DNA of 27,976 nucleotides from Asterias rubens (taxonomy: Eukaryota), in the NCBI RefSeq assembly GCF_902459465.1. It is one part of the record NC_047068.1 of this genome. The stretch is one strand, 5' to 3'. The position numbers were made by a program, and so were the translations under genes. Shown one piece after another: positions 11,931-22,809 of this stretch (the stretch's first letter is position 1; every line of letters begins with the position of its first letter). Below the pieces are notes generated by a model. The model was not told where the DNA came from. It made no database searches and was given only the letters and a program-made list of their open reading frames with translations.

Positions 11931-13711
11931 CCTTCTGTTTCTTGTCTTGACAGATGTAAAACACCATGAAGGAAGCTCCATTTATTTACAGAGTCTCTTG
12001 AGACTAAGTCAAGATATATAACTAGTGACAACTATTCCAAAGATATTCCTGAAATGTATGCTTCTCTGTGTGGAATAGGTTTAAACAAGTCATAAATCAT
12101 AATGATAGGAGAAAAGATCATCATTTTTTATGTTGTATATTGAAACAGCTGTTATTACCAAATTCCAAATAATTGAAGAGTACATGGACTGACATTAACT
12201 TTGAGGCAATGCACATTACACTTAATGTTCTACTACTACATGTACATGTGCAACAGTACAAACCTTACGCTGAACTCTGATTTTGATTTTCACATTTTCG
12301 CATGTTTTTCTCATGATTTGCAATGATTTCCATCCCTCATTAGAACAGCTTGATGCGATGTTTATTCAACCAAAACTTGAAAGTATTTTGTTTACTTCAA
12401 CAAAATTCCATTTCTCGTCACAATAATATTTTTTAGCTGTTAACAAGGCTATTAAAATTATCCCTTTAAAGGCATAAAAATTATCAAGGATTATCTATAA
12501 TTACTCCAAGCATCTCAAGGATTCATCGTAGTTGTGTAATGATCGCTACTGCAACTTTATGGGTTATTTTTATTGTGTCTGAGTGACACAAACAAACTAA
12601 TAAAGTGTTTTCTCTGGCTGGACTTCGTTGCTGATAATTGCAAAATGACCTGTCATTAAGTTTGGTAATGTCAGGAATCTAAGCTCGTTTAGATCACCAA
12701 TTCCTGCATTAGGGGTTTGTTAACGTTTCTGTTGGTGTTGCTTTACTATTACATAACTTATGCAAAGGATTCTCTTTCTGAAATGAATACTGTCTTTCCA
12801 TTGATCAGAGAGATTCTGCTAATTTACAGACAATACTATATCATGCTGCTCTTATTAACTATAGATGAGTTATAGGTCAGTAATTACTATCTTGTTAAAC
12901 AAAAAGTGCAACCTATAAATAAGATGATTAATTTATCATGCAAATGAGATCTTCCATCATTCTAATAGTCTTGTCTCTCTGATCATCAGCTTTGCCATCT
13001 TGGTGATAAACCAAGTAGCTGTTGCTCCATCAGTATTCAAGCAGTCAAACACTGTGAAGGTGTGAAGAGCCATTAGAAGACTCTAACCCAGGCTATCTAA
13101 ACTCTTACCAGCTTGCTCTTATTTAACCCCCTGTCAAACCTCAAGTGCTTCAAGAAAATGGGATTGTCTCTTGCTGGTTTGTGTGCAATTGCTGTCGGAC
13201 AGTTTGCCACCAATATATCTTTTGTCCATGAATAGATCATTGGAGGTAGAGACTGTCTGGAGATGATAAGGTTGATAGAGTAATACATGGTGGTCAGAGA
13301 CAACTAGGGACCAGTGAGTTCAGTGGGTAAGATGGCAGGCTATGTAGGTTAGTTGTGATAAAGGTTTAGATGGTTACTGAATTACTGATGAGAAAGGATG
13401 ATGAAACTTACATTGTGTGATTCCAGGAACTTCCTTCCTGTACCAGGGAGGTAGTTAACACTAACAGTGGTACTGGGTAGGTGGCCAAATGCCAGAGAAA
13501 TGGATGATGTAGCATTGGTCCAAATGATTAGATTTTGCTTTCACTTTCAACTTACCTTCCAGCAGTATTTGCAACGGGTTCATGTGACAGGTTTTTTCTA
13601 ACAAGTTGAGGAATTTCCGCATAAACAACTCCTTGAATTTTGGTTTAGAGTAAACAATGGAGGCCATGCCCTTAAAATCCAGCCTGGTACCTCATAGTGT
13701 GCAAATACTTG

Positions 13712-14677
13712 ATGTCACATATCAAGTGGATGGTGTTTCTCTTGTCTTGAATGATGTTCATGTCACATATCAAGTGGAAGGTGTTTCTCTTGTCTTGAAT
13801 GATGTTCATGTCACATATCAAGTGGATGGTGTTTCTCTTGTCTTGAATGATGTTCATGTCACATATCAAGTGGATGGTGTTTCTCTTGTCTTGAATGATG
13901 TTCATGTCACATATCAAGTGGATGGTGTTTCTCTTGTCTTGAATGATGTTCATGTCACATATCAAGTGGATGGTGTTTCTCTTGTCTTGAATGATGTTCA
14001 TGTCACATATCAAGTGGATGGTGTTTCTCTTGTCTTGAATGATGTTCATGTCACATATCAAGTGGATGGTGTTTCTCTTGTCTTGAATGATGTTCATGTC
14101 ACATATCAAGTGGATGGTGTTTCTCTTGTCTTGAATGATGTTCATGTCACATATCAAGTGGATGGTGTTTCTCTTGTCTTGAATGATGTTCATGTCACAT
14201 ATCAAGTGGATGGTGTTTCTCTTGTCTTGAATGATGTTCATGTCACATATCAAGTGGATGGTGTTTCTCTTGTCTTGAATGATGTTCATGTCACATATCA
14301 AGTGGATGGTGTTTCTCTTGTCTTGAATGATGTTCATGTCACATATCAAGTGGATGGTGTTTCTCTTGTCTTGAATGATGTTCATGTCACATATCAAGTG
14401 GATGGTGTTTCTCTTGTCTTGAATGATGTTCATGTCACATATCAAGTGGATGGTGTTTCTCTTGTCTTGAATGATGTTCATGTCACATATCACGTGGATG
14501 GTGTTTCTCTTGTCTTGAATGATGTTCATGTCACATATCAAGTGGATGGTGTTTCTCTTGTCTTGAATGATGTTCATGTCACATATCAAGTGGATGGTGT
14601 TTCTCTTGTCTTGAATGATGTTCATGTCACATATCAAGTGGATGGTGTTTCTCTTGTCTTGAATGATGTTCATGTCA
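13712..14677. repeat. 48-bp minisatellite, 20 copies
   Basis: Unit GTCACATATCAAGTGGATGGTGTTTCTCTTGTCTTGAATGATGTTCAT. I found only two substitutions (T>A at 13779 in copy 2; A>C at 14493 in copy 17). ATGTCA is present at both ends. Confidence 0.98.
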
Positions 14678-14749
14678 ACATTGAACGTTTTAAAATATTT
14701 CTGTACCTGTGCATCAGTACAGGTCATTCGGTTTCTGTGAGAGTACTGG

Positions 14750-15247
14750 AACCATTCAGTAGTGGTTATGTTTGTACCTGATGCGACCAGTCAGTAGTGG
14801 TTGTGTTTATACCTGATGCGACCAGTCAGTATTGGTTGTGTTTAAATCTGATGCAACCAGTCAGTAATGGTTGTGTTTGTACCTGATGCAACCAGTCAGT
14901 AATGGTTGTGTTTGTACCTGATGCAACCAGTCAGTATTGGTTGTGTTTGTACCTGATGCAACCAGTCAGTAGTGGTTGTGTTTGTACCTGATGCAACCAG
15001 TCAGTAATGGTTGTGTTTATACTTAATGCAACCAGTCAGTAGTGGTTGTGTTTATACCTGATGCGACCAGTCAGTATTGGTTGTGTTTAAACCTGATGCA
15101 ACCAGTCAGTAGTGGTTGTGTTTGTACCTGATGCAACCAGTCAGTAATGGTTGTGTTTGTACCTGATGCAACCAGTCAGTAGTGGTTGTGTTTGTACCTG
15201 ATGGAACCAGTCAGTAGTGGTTGTGTTTGTACCTGATGCAACCAGTC
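14750..15247. repeat. 35-bp minisatellite, ~14 copies
   Basis: Unit ACCAGTCAGTA(G/A/T)TGGTTGTGTTT(G/A)TACCTGATGC(A/G), with period 35 (14751, 14786 ... 15241). Confidence 0.97.
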
Positions 15248-16050
15248 TGTTGCATACCAGACACACAACACAACACTTTACTCCAATCACTCCGAAACTA
15301 AATTGCAAATGATAATATTTACTCCTGGTAGATTCAGATTACCACCCTGGCTATCTATTGTAAACATCAATGAGTATTTTGAGGTCCTAGATATGTTATT
15401 TGTTTGCAGTACCCAGCTGCTACCAATTGCTTCAATATAAAGCATTGTAGATTCAACCAATTTAGTGCAGGTGTTTTCTGTGATTGTATAAATCATTACT
15501 GTGTGGAATATCCTTGCTTTCAGTTCTCTATGGTAGCAGCATCTATGTGTTAATTGCTTTCTGTAAGCAGTGATTCTGATGGGTATGGTGTAGCGCAATG
15601 TGTGTGTATTCAGAATCTACTTTTTCTCTAATGAAGTGGGATCAGAACATGTGGCCCTTGCCATTTGTCTTAACTTCTTGTTTCATTTGTTGTCTCAGCT
15701 TCTCCAGCTATCATTATGTTGCAAGTGGTGTTGGCAAGCATGGCTGATGGCTTGGGTACATTAAAGCATGGAGCAATAAACTAGTAGAGCACAAGGTTGA
15801 TCCACAGAATTCATGTTTCAGATATAAAGTTAACACTACATTTAATCATCACTTTTTAAAGGTGAACCCATCTCAAAATTACCCGCATGATGATCAATAA
15901 TAGTTAATGTAACATCATCCTTTTCTATTGGTATTAAATGTCAATGTAAAAAGAGCCTTAGGTTGATGTACATGTAATTGTCCTCATTTCCAAGCATGCA
16001 TGAAGTTTGAACATGTACACTACAGACAAGACATGGATAACCCCCAAGCA

Positions 16051-16103
16051 TTCATCTTGGGGTATCTGAGAGAGTGGTTCATCTTGGGGTATCTGAGAGA
16101 GTG
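16051..16103. repeat. 27-bp-period tandem duplication
   Basis: TTCATCTTGGGGTATCTGAGAGAGTG x2, separated by one G. Confidence 0.93.
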
Positions 16104-16559
16104 AGACCGAGCACAGGTGTTTCACCTCCTACCTACTAATCAGATTGGTGTCGAGAAGGGAGGAAGTTCTTCTCATGATATTTATTCAGTTTGTAGGTCA
16201 GATCAAGATTGATATTGGCTTAGAGATCTGGGGCAGGATTGGCAAGTTTTATCCTTCTACTTCTAACTAATATTTGTTCGTTGATGGAATGGGAAAGCCA
16301 CGGATACTCCATATAGCTTAAGCCATTGAAAAAAGCGACCTGTAAACTTTGCAGTGTAGATAGTGTCTACCAGACTGATTTCTACGGCTGGTTTTATTTC
16401 CTGGAAGTAGTTAGTTAAATGTTTTTTATGGTACATTCTGGTACAATAGGGTAGGCTAGCTGAGTAAAGAAGAGTTGTGTGTTTCCTGGTCCTATGAACC
16501 ATAGAGCTTTCAAACACTGACCACACATGTCAACAAGATTCTCATTAAATTACCTCCAT

Positions 16560-17330
16560 TCCTGGAATTCAGGTAAAGAGGACATCATTATCGCAAGACA
16601 AGTGATTTGTTTACGTTGAAAGTACTTGTACCATGTCTGGCACAAGGTTCAGTGAATTTGCACATTACCAATGCAGATACATGAAGCTGCGGAGATGAAC
16701 AAAGCTAAGATGTTTGATAAGATTTAAGGATGCACTCTCAATCCAGGATGCATCCAGGATGCATTGGGCATGGGGGCATCTACTGTATAAATACACCTGT
16801 CTTTTGTGATGTCTGCATGTCCTTGAGGGGCAGGAACCATCTATAAGATGTCTGTGCATGTCTGTGAGGGGCAGGAACCATCTATAAGGTGTCTGTGCAT
16901 GTCTGTGAGGGGCAGGAACCATCTATAAGGTGTCTGTGCATGTCTGTGAGGGGCAGGAACCATCTATAAGATGTCTGTGCATGTCTGTGAGGGGCAGGAA
17001 CCATCTGTAAGATGTCTGTGCATGTCTGTGAGGGGCAGGAACCGTCTATAAGATGTCTGTGCATGTCTGTGAGGGGCAGGAACCATCTTTAAGATGTCTG
17101 TGCATGTCTGTGAGGGGCAGGAACCATCTTTAAGATGTCTGTGCATAGTTTGTAATGACAGGTGAGTTAATGGTCCTTGGTGTGATGAAGATAGTCTGTG
17201 TCAACAATGTAAGGAATGTGTGCCAAAAATGACTTGGAATTCAGGCACGTGCCTGATGCAGTATACAGTGGTGGAGATTACTGAGATGTGGCAAGAATGT
17301 GCTTGAATTCATGGATGTCAAAATGATTGT
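16560..17330 (-). mobile_element. Possible highly decayed Penelope-like element (RT-EN linker to GIY-YIG start) hosting the 41-bp repeat
   Basis: The minus strand shows STFLPHLSNLHH.ILHQ (cf. TYHP.L..I..IL...W), SYRR within the repeat unit, and a KTGV/..RCP segment (cf. GVIY.I.CP). The similarity is weak and frameshifted. Confidence 0.25.
16808..17146. repeat. 41-bp minisatellite, ~8 copies
   Basis: Unit GATGTCTGTGCATGTCTGTGAGGGGCAGGAACCATCTATAA. Seven full units span 16847-17133, with a degenerate first copy and a partial last copy. Confidence 0.97.
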
Positions 17331-17423
17331 AGTTAATGTCGGGGGGGGGGGCAACAAAGGTTGGTCATAAGTCCTACTAAAAACAATCATTCCCAAAACA
17401 CTCCTTAGAACATCATCCAAGAT

Positions 17424-17475
17424 TTTGACCCTTTGAGAAAGAGGCTGCAAGTGTTGAAACGTGCGACCGTTTTTT
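17424..17475 (+). mobile_element. Penelope-like terminal motif
   Basis: TTTGAGAAAGAGGCTGCAAGTGTTGAAACGTGCGACCGTTTTTTT resembles the ..GAAGA....GAAACGT.. terminal motif common in PLE repeats. Short match only. Confidence 0.25.
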
Positions 17476-19176
17476 TCTTCTGAAATTTGCTCTTCAAAAT
17501 TTACGGTAATTTAATTTCCTCCCTCCATGCTTGAAGCAAAGTATTTAATAAAAGTAAAATCTTGACATAATTTGTGGAATGAGATCAGTATCTGGAGCTC
17601 AAGCCCTTCTGCAGATGTCTTTATTCCATTCAATGGATGAAAATCAGTAGCTGAAATAACCATATTTTTTTTCATTTAGTAATTACGTACATGGTTGTTA
17701 TTGCACGTACTGAGTACCCTTTCAAGACAACTACAGCGTGACAAACCTATAGAGGCAAGAATCTTGAATTAAAGGTCACATCTTTAAATAAAACATTTGT
17801 CTGTCATTTTGTCATCAATTCACCACCCATTAGTCTTGTGACATCTGAATAAAAGAAATAAACCATTGTGCAATCTGCAAAGTGTAGATGCAGCCATTTA
17901 GTGAAGCTAGTCATTTACATTACAGTCTGTAGTTGCACTAACCTGTGCTACTAGAGCATAGACGTGCTTGTTTACTAATTCTGTTTTGCTTCTCACAATG
18001 AACAGATGAAGGGTATTTGCTCTGAGAATGCCATTTTGCTTTTAAATGATCACAACAGAGATAGTTTTACTCTTTTAATTACTGAATACTGTTTCCAAAA
18101 AGTAAGTCCTTTGTGAGTGTGAGTCATCTATACATGTTATTATCTCAACTATGACATCTATGTACAGATATTAGTAATCATAATGAATTGTAACTAGCTG
18201 TACAGTACAGACTTAACGTTAGTCAGTTTACTGGTCCTTGCTCTATGGTTTAGGTTGTACATTGTTGGCTTGATTGCTTTGGTAGTGTTATACAAGCGTG
18301 GAATGACAATAATGTTGGTACTGCTACAGTAATTGGTTGTCATTAATTCAATGGCCCCAGGGTACAGTTGATAATTGCTGTTAATTATTACTTTAACCAT
18401 TTCAATCATCTGACTGCATTATGAGTAAAGTACTTGACCTACAAATACATGCTCCCAATCTGACACTCGGCTTTCTCTGTTTCCATTCAAATGAATGTCA
18501 CTGAAATAAAAATGGACTGGTTCTTAAGATGATGTAATTAAACCAACTTGTTCATTACATATACCAACCATTTAATTGTCATTGTGGAGGTGAGGAATCA
18601 TACTAGATACAAAGGTGGGTACATTTTTGAAAAAGTTTTAGCATCTTAAGGACATTTGTCAAAATTATTTATTGAGTAGTGAGTTATTGTTAGTGTTGTA
18701 TGGACTGATTCTACAAATCATATCTAAAATATTGCAACATGAATAAATGGCATTGACTTCTCTTTGTACACTTTCCTTCTAAGGTTTATCCATAGAGTTA
18801 TAGGCCTCACCATACACAACATGCCCAATCAAGATGGAGCTGGTACAATGTAAACCAATACTGCCATTAACTATCAAATGTTAGCAGTGTATTGTATTGT
18901 ACATTATGAAGGATGTGTTGATGGAATAGGCGACATCTCATGGGTAATTGAGCTAGGTGTAAACTAGATGTGTCAGATATATCAGGTGTCTTTGTATTGG
19001 CCAGCAAGTCTAGACTTGGACTAGTCTCTCTGTTGAAGATGAATGGTATAAATGATCTAGGTTTGTTGAGGTGAATGTAAACTTGTACTAGTCTCTATTG
19101 TCTCTATTGATTGGTTTATAAACAAGGTTGGACTCAACAGTCTAATATGGAAAGCCATTCAAAATGGCTGATGAGG

Positions 19177-19311
19177 TCATAGCCAGAGCTGAAACAAACT
19201 TCAATGGTTCAGTCTGGTTGGTATCCTATATAAGACTCTGGCTTTCATAGCCAGAGCTGAAACAAACTTCAATGGTTCAGCCTGGTTGGTATCCTTTATA
19301 AGACTCTGGCT
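19177..19311. repeat. 68-bp-period tandem duplication (2 internal mismatches)
   Basis: TCATAGCCAGAGCTGAAACAAACTTCAATGGTTCAG(T/C)CTGGTTGGTATCCT(A/T)TATAAGACTCTGGCT starts at 19177 and again at 19245. Confidence 0.95.
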
Positions 19312-19449
19312 GTCTTGTGTCCGAGGACCCTTCATTCGTCCTTCAATTAGAAACTTGTAGTAAGTCCCTTTTAGATTTGAAACCATATTTTGGTCTCTGG
19401 TGCTTAGTCAGTGAAGAAAGTTAGTTCACAAATACAAAAACTAGAAATG

Positions 19450-19950
19450 TAAAAATGGTTTGGATGTTTTTAAGGCAGTATTGATCAAGCACTCTTATGA
19501 TATGAGTCACAGATCTAAGTTATGCATGTAATAAGAGACTGTAGTGACATGGGAAAAGACATGGTGTACCGTTTCTTATTTATGATATGATGATTATTCC
19601 AGCATACTATGATCAATATCTGACCATCAGAGTGGAGGGGTCCTTGATTAAAACAAAAAAGAGGTCACTTGGGGATGAAGCCATTGATCGGAGGAGGACT
19701 ATAGAGAACGCTGAGTTTCCTACGTGTAGGTACGGAGGATGTGAGTATAAAGGAATCATCTACATCTACATGGTATGTGTTGGGTCAGACTGGCTTAGGG
19801 TAAGATCCAAGGTGAATATCACTGTTTGAAGACTAGAGAGGGATTCACTGATTGGAATTAGAAATGAGGTAACTGGCAGGTGTCAATCAAATAGTGTTAT
19901 TGACTAAGCAGATTTAGTTAAGTGGTTAGGTGTGATGTGGGTACTAAATA
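19450..19950 (-). mobile_element. Decayed Penelope-like reverse transcriptase core
   Basis: Minus strand PNTYHVDVDDSFIL (cf. P..W.RYVDDTF.I; VDD at 19755-19763), then LSVLYSPPPINGF (cf. LNS.HPSI.FT), then downstream HKS (cf. HP..HK.SVI). Multiple stops. Confidence 0.4.
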
Positions 19951-20910
19951 TATGCAGACTTGTATTGTCTCAGTAGCACCTTGGATAACTAAGTCTACAT
20001 GTTTGGGATTATATGATAGCGATTGGATCATGCAACCATAGAGCCTGGTGCACTCATGGTGCAATCATGCCTCCATAGTACAACATTGGTCAACATGGTT
20101 TAGAGAAAAAGTGCATCAGTACAATTTATCTTTTCAACTTATAGTTGACGACATCATGATGGAAGATGTATCCAATTGGTGTACTTTTATATTTCCATAG
20201 TTCAGTCATTAGCGAGCTATTGCTCACTGTGATATGTAACTAACTGCAGGAATGTTGACTCATCTTAATGTTTCAATACATTTTAGTTCTACCCTGGAGG
20301 ATAGTTTCAACTTAGTCCATTTTATTGTATGTACCATATGGGAAACTTTTGCCTATATAGTTTTCTCTATGATTGGATTTCTATTTAAAACTATATTTGG
20401 TAAACGTGTTTTAAAATTAGTTTTTTTTTTTTAAAAACAGAGTACCCAACACATACATGTATACATCATCTGCTGTTTACTTTAACGTTGTTTTGTGTGA
20501 GGAAGGTCAGCAGATTTGCAAATTTTCAATTTAAACTTGGAAATCTAACTTTAAAATGTGGGTAAGTCTGAGAAGTTTGGGAAATGTTGTTGTTTACAAA
20601 AAATCTTAAGCCTCTTCTATCAGTCGTGATCACATAAAAACAAAACGGTATAATTTCTAACATAATGCATGGATATGTAACAGTATAGAAGATTTATAAT
20701 TATGATCTGAAGATATGATAGGACTAGCGAGTAATTCCCTTATGTGACATCTCTCCTGTCTATCAAGTTTAGTTGCTTTGTTATCAATGGTTATCCATGA
20801 TTTTCAATTCCAAATAACTTGTTTGGATTGATAATGACTTGTGAGGATCCAAACCTTTCTTTATGCTTCTATCTTGATCAGGTCATGTTGTATTTCAATT
20901 GATAACTTAC

Positions 20911-21776
20911 GATAGATAATTGTATCTACTTTGGATAGATAATTGTATCTACTTTGGATAGATAATTGTATCTACTTTGGATAGATAACTGTATCTACTT
21001 TGGATAGATAACTGTATCTACTTTGGATAGATAACTGTATCTACTTTGGATAGATAATTGTATCTACTTTGGATAGATAACTGTATCTACTTTGGATAGA
21101 TAACTGTATCTACTTTGGATAGATAATTGTATCTACTTTGGATAGATAACTGTATCTACTTTGGATAGATAACTGTATCTACTTTGGATAGATAACTGTA
21201 TCTACTTTGGATAGATAATTGTATCTACTTTGGATAGATAACTGTATCTACTTTGGATAGATAATTGTATCTACTTTGGATAGATAACTGTATCTACTTT
21301 GGATAGATAATTGTATCTACTTTGGATAGATAATTGTATCTACTTTGGATAGATAACTGTATCTACTTTGGATAGATAATTGTATCTACTTTGGATAGAT
21401 AACTGTATCTACTTTGGATAGATAACTGTATCTACTTTGGATAGATAACTGTATCTACTTTGGATAGATAACTGTATCTACTTTGGATAGATAACTGTAT
21501 CTACTTTGGATAGATAACTGTATCTACTTTGGATAGATAATTGTATCTACTTTGGATAGATAATTGTATCTACTTTGGATAGATAATTGTATCTACTTTG
21601 GATAGATAATTGTATCTACTTTGGATAGATAACTGTATCTACTTTGGATAGATAACTGTATCTACTTTGGATAGATAATTGTATCTACTTTGGATAGATA
21701 ACTGTATCTACTTTGGATAGATAACTGTATCTACTTTGGATAGATAACTGTATCTACTTTGGATAGATAATTGTAT
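20911..21776. repeat. 23-bp minisatellite, 37 full copies plus 15 bp
   Basis: Unit GATAGATAA(T/C)TGTATCTACTTTG, invariant except at position 10. Confidence 0.98.
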
Positions 21777-22809
21777 TTAACTTTTCAGAATGATTTCTAG
21801 AGAGCTGTGCGACTAACCCTCTACATCTAATTTCAAGGACCATTAACCCTTATTTTACCAGCAGCATGCCCACTGTTTGGATTGACTTTGTTTGAATTCA
21901 AATTGAATTGACTTTGTTCTTGCTTTCATTGCAAAGTTGAAATCTACTGCTACAGCATACATGTATGTAGTGCTACAGAGCTTATTACCTGTCGTCTTTA
22001 TATTAAAACAGCTAATAGCAAACTTGTTTTTGGACACTGACTGCATTAGCTAAGCCATGGAGGAATGGTTCCTAGTTGAACTGCCATTAAACCCAGCTTG
22101 TCCACCATTACCGAGTGACAAATACCCTACATTGCTACTTAAATTCATTCATGAAACACAAACATCATCCAGATGTTGAGCAATAAGAAAACCCAGCAGC
22201 CTAAAGACATTTAGCAATAGTCTTGACTGAGATAGTCTCCTTGTCTTATGGGGGTCGTTTCTAATTAGATTTATATCATTTATGTTATGCATGACTTGGC
22301 ACTATTTAGCGTATAACTCATAATTCACAAACGTCTTTTTGTTGTTTTGTTCTTAGAAAAGCTAAAAACCTCTCATTCGTGACTCATTTATTTCCAAGGA
22401 TAACACGCACACACTGAAAATTGTTGCAGTGGTATTAGTTACGTGATTTCCATTATATTTTTCATACATGTAGGAATCTAAACAGGCTACCAAGGTTCAT
22501 TGCTATTTAGTTACATACGTTGCATACCGTTATTGTTTGCAGTACATGGTATTAGGCTAATCAAAGAAATATTAGCAACAACTTAGGTTTGCAATGTTTG
22601 TGGGCTTTTCCTTCAAGCTTTGTCACAATGTGTTTCTTTTTTTAATTGATAACCAATATCTGAAAATAAAAATAAAAATATGCTGGGTTCTTGTTATTCT
22701 TTGAGATATTGTTGTCCAAATTGTTGTTAGTTTGAGAGATTTCACAGTGTGGCTAAACAATATTATATAACACCCAAGCAGATCCTTGCCATTTGATTGG
22801 AGGATTGTC

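Larger units (their letters stand above)
13100..15280 (-). mobile_element. Decayed CR1/L2-type LINE ORF2 apurinic-like endonuclease region, interrupted by two minisatellites
   Basis: The minus strand gives, in the expected order with frameshifts: VVLCVWYATDWL (ETWL-like, ~15280-15240), GRKFLESHNVSF (13438-13405), NHLNL/ITTN, and VSDHHVLLY (SDH at 13290-13298). The SDH and FLESHN motifs are convincing; the N-terminal motif is weaker. Confidence 0.5.

Noticed and set aside
11951-12021. Strong-looking acceptor (ttcttgtcttgacag) as an exon start
   Set aside because: It lies at the edge of a retroelement remnant, has no nearby good donor, and reads into stops.
13657-14781. 374-aa (+) and 351-aa (-) ORFs as real genes
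   Set aside because: Both are almost entirely the 48-bp repeat. Open frames are expected by chance for a 16-codon unit, and no domain or gene structure is recognisable.
15840-16080. Possible pearl/HINE-like repeat remnant ending in a CCCCAAG...CTTGGGG hairpin
   Set aside because: The resemblance is vague and no subterminal inverted repeats or core repeats could be delimited.
13712-21776. CRISPR-like interpretation of the 48-, 35-, 41- and 23-bp arrays
   Set aside because: The units are head-to-tail with no unique spacers, there are no cas genes, and the context is eukaryotic.
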